A stretch of 64,000 nucleotides of DNA from Terriglobia bacterium (GTDB lineage: Bacteria; Acidobacteriota; Terriglobia; 20CM-2-55-15). Both the position numbers and the translations under genes were made by a program. The stretch lies in assembly GCA_965216035.1 (NCBI GenBank), contig CBDCFM010000004.1, forward strand, positions 2,780 through 66,779, given 5' to 3'. Under the pieces are notes generated by a model. That model had not been told where the DNA came from. It worked only from the letters and a program-made list of their open reading frames with translations, and did no database searches. Below are positions 7,794 through 18,251 of this stretch, one piece after another (within the stretch, counting starts at the first letter, position 1; each line of letters begins with the position of its first letter).

Positions 7794-10541
7794 GTGAATC
7801 GAGTCGCCCCCTTCATCGTCAAAGGGTTTATGAGGGTAATCAGCCTGATCGCGTTTATTCTCCTCCCGATGGAGGCCGTGCCGGCGCCTCAACACTTCGG
7901 TACAGAGATCAGGAGCATTGAGATTTCAGGCGCCCCGGTCGATGCACTCGAGGCGATCACCCTCAGACCTGGCAATCTTCTGAACCCCGACGCGATCCGA
8001 TCATCGATTCAGGCGCTTTACGATGCCGGTCAATACGGGAGCATCGAAGTCGATGCGATTCGTACATCAGACGGTGGAACGAAACTCACTTTCATCGTAA
8101 GCGAGCCTTCCTTCTTCTCCACGATTCGCGTCGAACCTTCGGACTTGCTCGCGCGGCCACTGTCCAGCTATGTGGCCCTGCCTTACGGCGAACGGTTCTC
8201 CCGAACACAGATGGACCTCATCGTCCAGACAGTCCGCGAGCAACTTCGAGCAGAGGGTTTCTTCCAGGCCATCGTCAAAACCTCCCGGGAGGTCGACGAA
8301 GAGACGCGCCTCGTCAACGTCGTGCTGTCCGTCGACGTCTCACCCCGGGCCAGGATGGGTGAGACCCGGATCGAAGGCGGCCGGCAGACGTTCACTGAAG
8401 CCGAGTTGCAGGAAGCCTTCGGTGTCAAGACAGGTTCTGCTTTTTCCATGGAGCGGTTGGAGCGTGGTATCGCCGATGTGCGATCCGAGTTCGCCGAACT
8501 TGGCTTCTTGAACACGGGCGTCGCGCTCGAACAAACCTATGATGAAGATCGCAACGTTGTGGATGTCGTGATCCGGATCGAACCGGGACTTTTCACGCTC
8601 GTCCAGGTTCGCGGGCACGACCTGTCCAACAGCGAAATCCGAGAGCTTGTGCCCGTGTTCGAAGAAGGGAGTATCGATCCGGACCTTATTGAAGAGGGGC
8701 GCGTTCAAATCCTGGAAAAGTTGCGGCGGGATGGATATTTTGAAGCGACTGCGCGTGTCGAACAAATTGACGCCCGGCCGCTGGACAACGCTTTCCAGGT
8801 CAACTACATCGTTCAGCCCGGGGAACGGCATTCGATCAAGGATGTGCGTTTCGAAGGGAACGAATTCTTCGATGAAGAGTTCCTGGACGGACGGATCGGG
8901 ATATCTGAACGGGGGCTGTTCACCCAGGGGACCTTCAGTACGGACCTGCTCGAGCGCGCCTCAGCCATCATCACTGGATTGTACGCAGCCGCTGGTTTCG
9001 AAGGCACCCGCGTCCGTACGACCTACTCGATCGATCAAACCGCTATTACCGTGATTCTCCAGATCGATGAGGGACGCCGAATCCCCTTGACTGGCGTGTT
9101 CTTCGCTGGGAACACAATCATGAGCGTTCCGGAAATCGCGCCCCTCGCCAATATGTTGCCGGGCCAGATCTATACGGCGGACGCGATCGAAGCGGCTCGC
9201 ATCGCCATTACAGCCGGCTATCACGGCCGGGGATACCCCGACGCTCGGGTTCGACCGGAAATTCGGCGAAAGGCCGATCCCGATGGGATGGACGTCACCT
9301 TTCACATCGAAGAGGGGCCCGCCTACCAGATCGGCCGCGTCCTGGTTGCTGGAAGCACGCGCACAAAGGAGAAGGTCGTCCATAGAAACAGCGAGTTATT
9401 TGAAGGAACGCCATACGATCCGGAAACGATTCTCGAGGCACAGCAGCGTCTTTACTCAACCGGACTTTTCAAACGGGTGGATATCGTCCCACTCGAACGG
9501 GCGACATCGAACAAGAGGGACCTGCTGATACAGCTTGAGGACGCGGGCCCGGTTCTGTTGACCTACGGAATTGGCTTTAGTGGTTTAGGTATCGGCGTGC
9601 AAGACCGGGAAGGGCCCCGGGGGACCATCGAGTTGTCGCATGCCAACCTGTTCGGACTGGACCGCTCCATCAGCTTTCGAGTCAGGGGTAGCAAGCGCGA
9701 ACAACGCTTCCAGACCACTTACCGTGAACCCCGTCTCTTCAACCGGGAAGTCGACGGGTTCGTCTCGCTTTTCGTGGAACGCACGAGCCAGCAGTTTTTC
9801 GACGCCAGTCGCGTAGATTTTTCGTTTCAAACCCTGAAGCAGCTCCGGAATCAGGACAGTTTTCTTTTTTCGGCCAGCTTCGAAACGGTCAATCTCCGGG
9901 ACATCCGGGTCAACCCGAGGACTCAGAACTTTCCCGACGAAACGGGCACAATTCAGATCGCCCGGCTCAGTGGATCTTACATTCGCGACCAGCGGAACGA
10001 CCCCATCAATCCTACTCGGGGGGACTACATCACCGGGACGTTTCAGGTCGCAAACAGGGCCTTCGGATCGGAGGTGAACTTCACATCTCTGTTTGCTCAA
10101 GGCAGCTTTTTCCGGCCGGCCAAAGATGCCGTTATCGCCACATCGGTTCGCCTCGGCTGGAACCAACCCTATGGGGGCACGAAATCATTACCTATCACCG
10201 AGCGTTATTTCGCCGGCGGATCGACAACGCTCAGAGCGTTCAGCCTTGACGAGGCCGGACCGGAGGGTGGGGGAAACGCACTGGCGATCATCAACGCCGA
10301 GTACCGATTCCCCATACCGTTCCTGATCTCGGACCTGGGGGGTGCGTTTTTTTATGATACGGGTACGACGTTCCCAAGGCTGTCGGACTTTAACTTTGGC
10401 GACTTTACGCACACGGCTGGTTTCGGTTTTCGTTACGAAACGCCACTGGGGCCAATCCGTGTAGATTTCGGATTCAACCTGAACCGACAACCACACGAGT
10501 CTCACAGCAAAGTGTTTTTCACCCTGGGGCACACGTTCTGA
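7794..10541 (+). CDS. BamA/TamA (Omp85) outer-membrane assembly factor
   Basis: POTRA-like repeats; ERYFAGGSTTLRAF; ETPLGPIRVDFG; C-terminal Phe. Confidence 0.9.
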   Translation: MNRVAPFIVKGFMRVISLIAFILLPMEAVPAPQHFGTEIRSIEISGAPVDALEAITLRPGNLLNPDAIRSSIQALYDAGQYGSIEVDAIRTSDGGTKLTFIVSEPSFFSTIRVEPSDLLARPLSSYVALPYGERFSRTQMDLIVQTVREQLRAEGFFQAIVKTSREVDEETRLVNVVLSVDVSPRARMGETRIEGGRQTFTEAELQEAFGVKTGSAFSMERLERGIADVRSEFAELGFLNTGVALEQTYDEDRNVVDVVIRIEPGLFTLVQVRGHDLSNSEIRELVPVFEEGSIDPDLIEEGRVQILEKLRRDGYFEATARVEQIDARPLDNAFQVNYIVQPGERHSIKDVRFEGNEFFDEEFLDGRIGISERGLFTQGTFSTDLLERASAIITGLYAAAGFEGTRVRTTYSIDQTAITVILQIDEGRRIPLTGVFFAGNTIMSVPEIAPLANMLPGQIYTADAIEAARIAITAGYHGRGYPDARVRPEIRRKADPDGMDVTFHIEEGPAYQIGRVLVAGSTRTKEKVVHRNSELFEGTPYDPETILEAQQRLYSTGLFKRVDIVPLERATSNKRDLLIQLEDAGPVLLTYGIGFSGLGIGVQDREGPRGTIELSHANLFGLDRSISFRVRGSKREQRFQTTYREPRLFNREVDGFVSLFVERTSQQFFDASRVDFSFQTLKQLRNQDSFLFSASFETVNLRDIRVNPRTQNFPDETGTIQIARLSGSYIRDQRNDPINPTRGDYITGTFQVANRAFGSEVNFTSLFAQGSFFRPAKDAVIATSVRLGWNQPYGGTKSLPITERYFAGGSTTLRAFSLDEAGPEGGGNALAIINAEYRFPIPFLISDLGGAFFYDTGTTFPRLSDFNFGDFTHTAGFGFRYETPLGPIRVDFGFNLNRQPHESHSKVFFTLGHTF

Positions 10542-11167
10542 TGGGTATCGATCCGACTCGAAAAGGAATCTTGAGCTTGCCGCGGGGTCTAATCCTGGTG
10601 TGTTTTCTTGCCCTGGCATGGGCACCCGCCATGTATGGCGACGTCATTGACCGTTTGATGGCAGTGGTGGACGGGGACGTCATCACGCTCGGTGACGTCA
10701 AAAAGGAACGGGCGGTCCGACGATTCTTTGGTGACGAGGCACCGTCGGACGATCAAGCCATGCTCGATGAAGTGATCGAGGATTTCTTGATCCGCAACCA
10801 GGTCGATCAAATCCCGGGCATTCAGATCACATCGGAAGAAGTCGAAGCTTACAGCTTGCAATTGGGCGATCCCGGGGACCTGTCGGCGGAAGTCGTCGCT
10901 GTTGCCGTTCGCCAGCGAATGAAACTGGCTCGATACGTGGACCTGCGGTTTCGCCAATTCATCCGGGTCTCGGATCCTGAAATAGAGGAGTACTACAGGG
11001 ACGTGTTTCTCCCGAAGACGCAATCGAGCGGGTTGGCCAGTGTTCCGACCCTCGACTCGGTTCGAGAAGCGGTCCGCACCAACGTCATTGAAGAAAAAGT
11101 AATCCGGGAGATCCGGCTGTGGGTGAATTCACTGATCCGGAGAAGTGATATTGAAGTTGTTGAGTAA
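10541..11167 (+). CDS. SurA N-terminal-domain-like periplasmic chaperone
   Basis: Signal peptide then VIDRLMAVVDGDVIT; coupled between tamA-like and tamB-like genes. Confidence 0.7.
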   Translation: MGIDPTRKGILSLPRGLILVCFLALAWAPAMYGDVIDRLMAVVDGDVITLGDVKKERAVRRFFGDEAPSDDQAMLDEVIEDFLIRNQVDQIPGIQITSEEVEAYSLQLGDPGDLSAEVVAVAVRQRMKLARYVDLRFRQFIRVSDPEIEEYYRDVFLPKTQSSGLASVPTLDSVREAVRTNVIEEKVIREIRLWVNSLIRRSDIEVVE

Positions 11168-14100
11168 AAAGAAGGTTTTCGCCGCAATCAGCATCGCGGG
11201 ACTGGTGGCGCTAGGACTGGTTGCCGGAGTCGTGTACTTCCTGACCTCACCCGACTTCGACGAGTTCGCCAAGGATTACCTGGTCAATCAGATCGAAGAA
11301 CGGACGGGCCGCGTGACGACGGTCGAAGAGTTCGATTTCGATTTGTGGTCTCAACTGATTCAGATCGACGGTCTCGTGCTTCGGCAATCCACTGGGGATG
11401 CACTTCTCGAAATCGAGAGTATCGACATCGGACTGCGTCTCCGAACGCTGTTCGAAAGGAAGATCGATCTTTCCTCTCTGACGCTGGTCCACCCACGGAT
11501 CCGAATCGACGTTGGCCCGGACGGCACGACCAACGTTCTGTCTCCTCCGATCGAGGCCGGCACGGGTTCATCGTCATTTGAAGTCTCAATCGGAGAGCTC
11601 ACAGTCGAGGGCGGAGAGATAACTATCGACGAACGCCGGGTCCACATCGACTTCCTCCTATCCGAACTCGACGGTACGTTTGAGTACTCGGGCGCAACCG
11701 GCGTCCTGGGTGGTCGCCTGGAGTATGAAGGTTCGCTCGAACGAGAGAACCGCCCTACGATTCCTTACCGCTTCTCCGCAGACTTCGACCATTCCGCAGG
11801 GACGGTCCTGGTCCACCGAGCGGAAGTGACTTCAGGCGAATCCAAGGTAACGCTTCAAGGGCGGATCGACGACGTGCTCCACGTTGGCCATGGAGCCATG
11901 GAGTATACCGGTACCGTCGATCTCGGATTTTTGAACTACTTCTTCACCGAGGAGGCATTAGATGGAACGATCGGAATCGGCGGCGCGCTGAATTTCTCGT
12001 CCCGCGACTTCTCGACGAACGGGCTGGCGGAAGGGCAGTCGCTTACCGTCGAAGGCTGGAATGCCCGAAACGTCGAGGCCAATTTCGAATACTCGTTCCC
12101 AGAGCGAATACTGTCGGCGTCGGATCTGCGGATGAGCCTGGTCGGTGGCACGGTCACGGGTAGTGCAAACGTCCTGTCACTTCCCGGATCACCACGAGTC
12201 GAAATCGATCTGGGCTATGAAGAGATCGATCCGGCCGGGCTGCGCCGCGCTTACCCGTGGGACAGGAAGTACATGATCCATTCGGTGGCGACCGGAACGA
12301 TCGACGGCTGGTTCGAAGGGAAGTTCAGAGATTTTGATTTTTCTGGCGCCGCAACGCTCCAATCCGCGGATGTTCCCCGGGACTCGGACTCCGTGGATCT
12401 GGCAGTAGAGGGTTCGACCACATTTCGGGCCACACCGGAATCGGTGCGGTTATCTGAAGCCACGGCCAGATTCGGATCGAGCAACATCCGGGCGGACGGT
12501 CTGATTGACCGCGTGGACTCTTCGCTGCAGGTGACGTTGGAGTCGACCGACCTCGGCGACCTGCACTTCCTGTATGAGCCCGCAAACGGAACCGGCCGGT
12601 TCGAGGGCTCGATCAGCGGCCCGATAGCATCGCCTCAAACATCAGGAAGGTTCAGCATTCGAAGCTTTCGACATGAAGGCCGAACCATCGACAGCCTGAG
12701 GGGCGAAGCAACTTTAACCGCCGGTGGCCTTGAGCTTCGCGAGGTTCAGATCTCGGAGGCGCGGTCTGAGGTTACGGTAAACGGGCGACTGCCGTTCGAC
12801 GACACAAAACTGGATCTGGACCTTGATGTCATCCAACTTTACGGCTTCGATCTTGCCGAATTCGTCCCCACACCCGTCGACGGTGTGTTTCGAGGCAGGG
12901 TGCACCTGGATTCGATTGATCCGATTCGGGCATCGGGTACCGTGTCCGCGTCCGATCTGACGTATGAAGATAACCTGATCGGAAACACCGAAGCCGCGTT
13001 CGTACTGGATGAATCCACGCTCGCGCTGACTGACATTTCGATTCGACGCGATGGCGCAGTTCTATCCGGCAACGTACGTTACCAACTCATCGGCGAGCAA
13101 CTCGGAGTAGAGCTCCGGGCGTCTGGCGTGTCGCTGGAAGACTTGCACTGGCTTGGTATCCCGACCGCGTTCCGAGGCGTGGTTGAGGAGGCAAACTTCG
13201 ACGTCGAAGGGACTCGATCGCGCCCACAGGTCCGGGGAACAGCAGTGCTCGGAAACCTTCAGCTCGGAGAGCAGACTCTTCCTCAAATGAAGATCCAGGT
13301 CCGCACATCCGGTTCAACTATCCGCACCGAGATCGAAACCGACGAACACGTCGTGATTGAGGCCGCCTTCGACACGGCCATAGAAGGCTACCCGTTCGTC
13401 GGAAGCGCACTCTTTTCCGACTTTGAGGCAGATCAACTCTTGAACATATCCCTGGGAACAATCGTCGCGACGGGAAGTGTCTCGTTCGGGGGACTTCTAA
13501 TGGACCTGGCCACTCTCGAAGGAGAAGGACTGGTACGAACTTTGACCGCCCGGTTCGAGGAAAGGGAACTCCGGGTTCTGGAACCGTTCACGTTTCAATT
13601 TGATTCGGAACGATTGAAGTTTTCGGAAATGGATTTTAGCGGCGGAGTGACTTCGCTACAGTTGGGAGGAACCATCGCCTTGTCCCGGGATGCGCCGATT
13701 GATCTCGATATCACCGGCGACATCGACCTCTCGATCATGTCGGGCGGCTACCCGGGATTCCTGGTCGGAGGAGCTGTCACGGTGGAGGGAAAGGTGGGCG
13801 GGACCCTCGGGAGCCCGGAGCTCATTGGACAGGCCCACATCGAGAACGGGTCGTTCGGCCATCGAGGTATATTCCTGAGTCTGTCGGCACTTGACGGCGA
13901 CCTGGATTTCATCGGAAACAGGGTGAATCTGAACGACCTCCGGGGGAACGCGGGCGGGGGTGAGGTCGTCGTCCGTGGATCTGTTGGCGTCGAAAACCTG
14001 GAGCTGGGTGAATTCGACGTTCGTTTCGATGTGTCGAACGTGCGTGTCCGGAACCCGGAAGGGCTCCGAACCATCGTAGACGGCTCCCTGGCGCTCCACG

Positions 14101-14975
14101 GCACGGCAGAAACGCCACGGCTGGAAGGAGATATCGATGTCACCAGCCTCTCCTACGATGGGGGTTTCGAACAGTTCCTGGATCTGTTCGAAGCCGGACC
14201 GGATGCCGCGGAATCCGACAATCCATTTGAGGACATGGCTCTGGCAGTGCATGTGGAGGGAAGTCGGAACATCTCGATCGAAAACGAACTCGCCAGCGTA
14301 GACGCAAGGCTGGACCTGGATATCGCCGGCAGTTTCGGTGATCCAAGCATGACCGGCCGCATCGAGGTCGGAACGGGCACACTCACTTTCCAGGGGACCC
14401 GCTACAGAATCACCAGGGGCAGCGTCGATTTCGTCGACCCGATTCGCGTCGAACCCATCGTGGACGTTCAGGCCGAAGCCGAGCTCCGGGACTATCGGAT
14501 CATCCTTGGGATCAACGGCCGAAGAGATAATATGCGGCTGGAAATGCGGTCCGAACCTCCGTTGCCACAACTGGAAATCGTGAGCCTGATCGCCGGAGGT
14601 CGGACCCGGGAGGAACTGGCTGAGAATCGGGCCAGCGGCCTGATCCCCACGAGCGAACAACTCTTCAGGGGCAGCGCCGCGACGATCCTGACAGACCTGC
14701 TCCAGTCACGTGTCGGCTCCCGCTTTGGCCTGCTCGACCGGTTCCGCATCGATCCGTTCCTGGTCGGCGCGGAAAACGACCCCGTCACCCGCGTGACGAT
14801 CTCCGAGCAGATTACCAGGGACCTGACCATCACGTATTCCCAGGACCTCTCATCAAACCGCCAGCAGATCATCCTGATCGAGTACTTCCTGAACAGCGAC
14901 ACGTCGTTCATCGCCTCCCGGGACGAAACCGGCGCGGTAGGGCTGGATATCAAGCTGAGAAAACGATTCCAGTAA
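11145..14975 (+). CDS. TamB/AsmA-like translocation and assembly module protein
   Basis: 1276 aa, N-terminal TM anchor, beta-rich repeats, TamB-like C-terminus; next to an Omp85 gene. Confidence 0.85.
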   Translation: MILKLLSKKKVFAAISIAGLVALGLVAGVVYFLTSPDFDEFAKDYLVNQIEERTGRVTTVEEFDFDLWSQLIQIDGLVLRQSTGDALLEIESIDIGLRLRTLFERKIDLSSLTLVHPRIRIDVGPDGTTNVLSPPIEAGTGSSSFEVSIGELTVEGGEITIDERRVHIDFLLSELDGTFEYSGATGVLGGRLEYEGSLERENRPTIPYRFSADFDHSAGTVLVHRAEVTSGESKVTLQGRIDDVLHVGHGAMEYTGTVDLGFLNYFFTEEALDGTIGIGGALNFSSRDFSTNGLAEGQSLTVEGWNARNVEANFEYSFPERILSASDLRMSLVGGTVTGSANVLSLPGSPRVEIDLGYEEIDPAGLRRAYPWDRKYMIHSVATGTIDGWFEGKFRDFDFSGAATLQSADVPRDSDSVDLAVEGSTTFRATPESVRLSEATARFGSSNIRADGLIDRVDSSLQVTLESTDLGDLHFLYEPANGTGRFEGSISGPIASPQTSGRFSIRSFRHEGRTIDSLRGEATLTAGGLELREVQISEARSEVTVNGRLPFDDTKLDLDLDVIQLYGFDLAEFVPTPVDGVFRGRVHLDSIDPIRASGTVSASDLTYEDNLIGNTEAAFVLDESTLALTDISIRRDGAVLSGNVRYQLIGEQLGVELRASGVSLEDLHWLGIPTAFRGVVEEANFDVEGTRSRPQVRGTAVLGNLQLGEQTLPQMKIQVRTSGSTIRTEIETDEHVVIEAAFDTAIEGYPFVGSALFSDFEADQLLNISLGTIVATGSVSFGGLLMDLATLEGEGLVRTLTARFEERELRVLEPFTFQFDSERLKFSEMDFSGGVTSLQLGGTIALSRDAPIDLDITGDIDLSIMSGGYPGFLVGGAVTVEGKVGGTLGSPELIGQAHIENGSFGHRGIFLSLSALDGDLDFIGNRVNLNDLRGNAGGGEVVVRGSVGVENLELGEFDVRFDVSNVRVRNPEGLRTIVDGSLALHGTAETPRLEGDIDVTSLSYDGGFEQFLDLFEAGPDAAESDNPFEDMALAVHVEGSRNISIENELASVDARLDLDIAGSFGDPSMTGRIEVGTGTLTFQGTRYRITRGSVDFVDPIRVEPIVDVQAEAELRDYRIILGINGRRDNMRLEMRSEPPLPQLEIVSLIAGGRTREELAENRASGLIPTSEQLFRGSAATILTDLLQSRVGSRFGLLDRFRIDPFLVGAENDPVTRVTISEQITRDLTITYSQDLSSNRQQIILIEYFLNSDTSFIASRDETGAVGLDIKLRKRFQ

Positions 14976-15101
14976 GAAGGGGATTCGACGGTAGAGTAGG
15001 GGAGGACGCGAAGAGCGACCTCCCCCCTCGTCGCACCGGACGTGCGGATTTCCCGCATCCGGCGCTCCCGACCAATTCTTCTGAAGCACACACGGAGAGC
15101 C

Positions 15102-16382
15102 TTACAGATAGACCAACCCGAGGGTTTGGAAATGCTTGTAATAGCTGACCCCGGCGGGAGGACGAAAGGGTCGCTGGCTCCGCCGCCGCAAATGACGCGT
15201 CAGACGGTCGCGTACGAAACGGTTGATCTGGCGCTTTGCAACACGGGGATAGCCATAGCTGAAGTACTGCGCCCAACCGTTGAGGTGCCGATTCAAATCC
15301 GCAACCAGGGCCGGTATGGGCATCGAGCCTCGCCATGGGCCAGTCATGTCGCGCAACCTCTGACGTTCCCGAGCCAGCGCCTTCTTTGAGGGGGCCACAT
15401 TCAGATAGCGTCGTGGCTGCCCGTGCAGGTCCCGATCGTACCGAAACGTGTATCCCAGAAAGTCGAAGCTCTGTCCCGACTCCATCAGTCGCACGACCCG
15501 TGTCTTGGCTCGATTCAGTTCGAGCCCCATCCGTTGTTCCAACGTCTCTTCAATCCAATCCTTCAACCGGGGACTCTGGTACCGGGCCAGTATCACCAGA
15601 TCATCGGCGTACCGCACCAGTTCGGCTCCGGCCCATTGGGCCGGACCCCCTCGGGCATGGAAGAAGTGATCAAACCAGTGCAGGTAGATATTCGCTAACA
15701 ATGGTGAGATCACCCCGCCCTGCGGAGTCCCGGTCCGGGTCCGCCTAGGCGGTCCCCCGTCCCGGGTGTCGGTCACTGGCGCGTTGAGCCACATCCGAAT
15801 CAACTTGAGCACCGCACTATCGGTCACCCGCATCCGAATCGCCTTGAACAGCTTGTCCCGCGGAATGGAATCAAAGTACCCTTTCAGATCCGCGTCATAC
15901 ACGTCCCGCTTCCTGCCGTGGAGTCCTTGCCGCACTTGCTCCAATGCATCATGGGCCTTTCGCCCAGGCCGAAATCCATACGAACTGTCCAGGAAATCGG
16001 CTTCGAAGATCGGCTCCATTATCAGCAGCAGCGCCGCCTGCACCACACGGTCACGAACCGTCGGTATCCCCAATGGCCGCTCCCGACCATCGGGTTTCGG
16101 GATATACACCCGTTGGACCGCCTCAGGCTGGTACTTCTTCGAGCGCAGCACTTCGGCCAGTTCGGCCAACCAGCGCTCCGGGCCGCCCTCCGCATCCACA
16201 ATCTGGTGGATCGTGACGCCATCGACCCCGGCCGAGCCTCGATTGGCCCGCACCTGCTCCCAACCTGCTTCCAACACGTCCTTGCGGTAGATCCGGTCGT
16301 ACAAACTATAAAACCGGAACTTGGGTTCCCGCTTCGCTTTCAGATATAGCCGCAGCCTCAGGTCAGCGAGTCTCGGACCCAT
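15102..16382 (-). CDS. ltrA: group II intron reverse transcriptase/maturase, no HNH endonuclease domain
   Basis: RPLGIPTVRDR, SYGFRPGR, GTPQGGVISPLLANIYL, YADD, FDFLG; native start probably lay beyond the IS630 (~17611), 16382 is the first remaining ATG. Confidence 0.93.
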   Translation of the reverse strand: MGPRLADLRLRLYLKAKREPKFRFYSLYDRIYRKDVLEAGWEQVRANRGSAGVDGVTIHQIVDAEGGPERWLAELAEVLRSKKYQPEAVQRVYIPKPDGRERPLGIPTVRDRVVQAALLLIMEPIFEADFLDSSYGFRPGRKAHDALEQVRQGLHGRKRDVYDADLKGYFDSIPRDKLFKAIRMRVTDSAVLKLIRMWLNAPVTDTRDGGPPRRTRTGTPQGGVISPLLANIYLHWFDHFFHARGGPAQWAGAELVRYADDLVILARYQSPRLKDWIEETLEQRMGLELNRAKTRVVRLMESGQSFDFLGYTFRYDRDLHGQPRRYLNVAPSKKALARERQRLRDMTGPWRGSMPIPALVADLNRHLNGWAQYFSYGYPRVAKRQINRFVRDRLTRHLRRRSQRPFRPPAGVSYYKHFQTLGLVYL

Positions 16383-16440
16383 CCGTCGCCGCTCGCACCA
16401 TCCGTGCTCCGCTGCTTCGGCTCGCTCTCGCTCCGTGCTA

Positions 16441-17593
16441 GTGTAGTCCGCCAGAATTAATGAGATGTAAGTGCTTGTCCAACGTCTGATATAGATATGA
16501 GGAAAGCACCGAGGGTTGATCTTGATGTTCAGGTACGAAAGGAACTGGAACGACTGAGGCGAAGCCGTAGTACATCGGTACGGTTGGCGGAACGATCCCA
16601 AATTGTGTTGCTGGCGGCTGAGAGTCTGAGGAACGAGGAGATTGCAGCACGGCTGAAGATGACGCTTCAGAAGGTTGGCCGATGGCGTGCTCGTTTCGCC
16701 AAACATGGATTGGGAGGCATTGAGAAGGACGCGCCGCGAAGCGGCCGGATTCCCTCCATCAGCGCACGGAAGCGGGCCCGGATTGTAAAGAAGACGATTG
16801 AAGAGAAGCCCCCCAAACGCCACGCATTGGAGCCGTACCTCGATGGCAAAGGCGACCGGAGTCAGTGATTCGACGGTCGGGAGAATATGGCGGGCCCATG
16901 GCCTGAAGCCACACCTGTCAGGAACCTTCAAGCTGTCCAACGACAAACAATTTGCCGAGAAGCTGGAGGATGTGGTCGGTCTGTATCTGAACCCACCGGA
17001 AAACGCCATCGTCTTGTCCTGTGATGAGAAGAGCCAGATGCAGGCACTGGACCGCACCCAGCCCGGGTTACCGCTGAAGAAGGGGCGGTGTGGCACCTTG
17101 ACCCACGACTACAAACGCAACGGAACCACCACGATGTTCGCCGCGCTCAATACCCTGGACGGCTCTGTGATCGGGACTTGCATGCCGAAGCATCGGCATC
17201 AGGAATGGATTCGGTTTCTCAATCAGATCAAACGCTCCGTGCCTAAAGACAAGCAGATCCACATAATCTGTGACAACTATGCGACCCACAAGCATCAGAA
17301 AGTTGTCGACTGGCACAAGCGCAACCCGCGCTTTCATGTGCACTTCACACCGACCAGTGCGTCGTGGCTGAATATGGTCGAACGTTTCTTCCGGGATCTT
17401 TCAGAGCAACGGCTTCGGCGCGGAGTTTTCCATTCGGTTCCAGAGTTAATCCAGGCCGTTGAGGACTATGTCGACGGTCACAATCAGAGCCCTAAGCCGT
17501 TCATCTGGACCGCGCAGGCTTCCGATATTCTTGAGAAAGTCCGACGCGCTCGAAAGAAGCTGGTTAAAGTGCACTCTGTTTGACGGGGACCAC
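16441..17593 (+). mobile_element. IS630 family element, copy 1 (transposase 16497-17583 frameshifted)
   Basis: TA duplication at 16439-40 and 17594-95; ends GTGTAGTCCG.../...GGGGACCAC; [22 protein letters not shown]; frame break near 16810. Confidence 0.92.
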
Positions 17594-18083
17594 TAGGGTG
17601 GTATCCCAATCGGCTCCCTCACCTTCTGGCTGTTGCGTTTGATCGGTGGGGCCGCTTCGCTCCTCCGGCATTACCCGGTCTCATCACTACTATCCGCCCC
17701 GCCGACTTCCCGATGTCCCCCCTCAGGCTTATCTTTTCGCCTCAGGCGTTGGGTCCCACCCAAACATCGGGATCTCCCAGGTTCCTGGGCATCCTGTCGA
17801 CACGCGCCGTCCCCTTCCATCCCGGTGGACCCCTCAGGTGCCTTCGCTCGTTGCTTCCCTGATGGTTTCAGGCTTCGGCGCTCTCTGGTGGCTTGGCCAT
17901 CCACGATTCGCGTTTCGAGACCGATTCGGGTTCACTTGCGTTACGGCTCGCATCTTCGCCTTCAAGGGCTTCAGCTTACGGGTTACCCCATAACCACTGC
18001 CTCGTTGGCTACATGTTGAACGAGCAATTCACATGGCTGACTCCTTTCATTCAGCTAGAATGTCCAAGCTTTGCCTGGCGCAC

Positions 18084-18248
18084 CAGAGGCGCAAAGACGC
18101 AGAGAGGGAAGTGTCTTTTCTGAAGCTTTCGATCCAGACTCAAAGGTTGCGGAGTTTTCTTTTCAACAAGATTGACGGATTTGAGATCGCCCGGGTTGGG
18201 CCGGATCAAACAATATCCACTCTGCGTCTTTGCGTCTCTGCGTCGAAA
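18084..18248. repeat. REP-like palindromic element (ACGCAAAGACGCAGAG family), intron target
   Basis: CAGAGGCGCAAAGACGCAGAG...CTCTGCGTCTTTGCGTCTCTGCGTCGAA; missing left end TTCGACG lies at 14984-14990. Confidence 0.8.
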
Positions 18249-18251
18249 AAA

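Larger units (their letters stand above)
14991..18083 (-). mobile_element. group II intron (RT-encoding), interrupted by IS630
   Basis: 5' end GTGCG at 18083; domain V GAGCGCCGGATGCGGGAAATCCGCACGTCCGGTGC and 3' end ...CCCTACTCTAC at 14991; RT ORF inside. Confidence 0.92.

Noticed and set aside
15102-17096. 664-aa RT ORF with a novel N-terminal domain
   Set aside because: The extension is the antisense strand of the inserted IS630, not a real domain
14991-18083. RT as a retron, DGR or CRISPR-associated RT
   Set aside because: Clear group II intron ends and domain V; no TR/VR pair, msr-msd or cas1 seen
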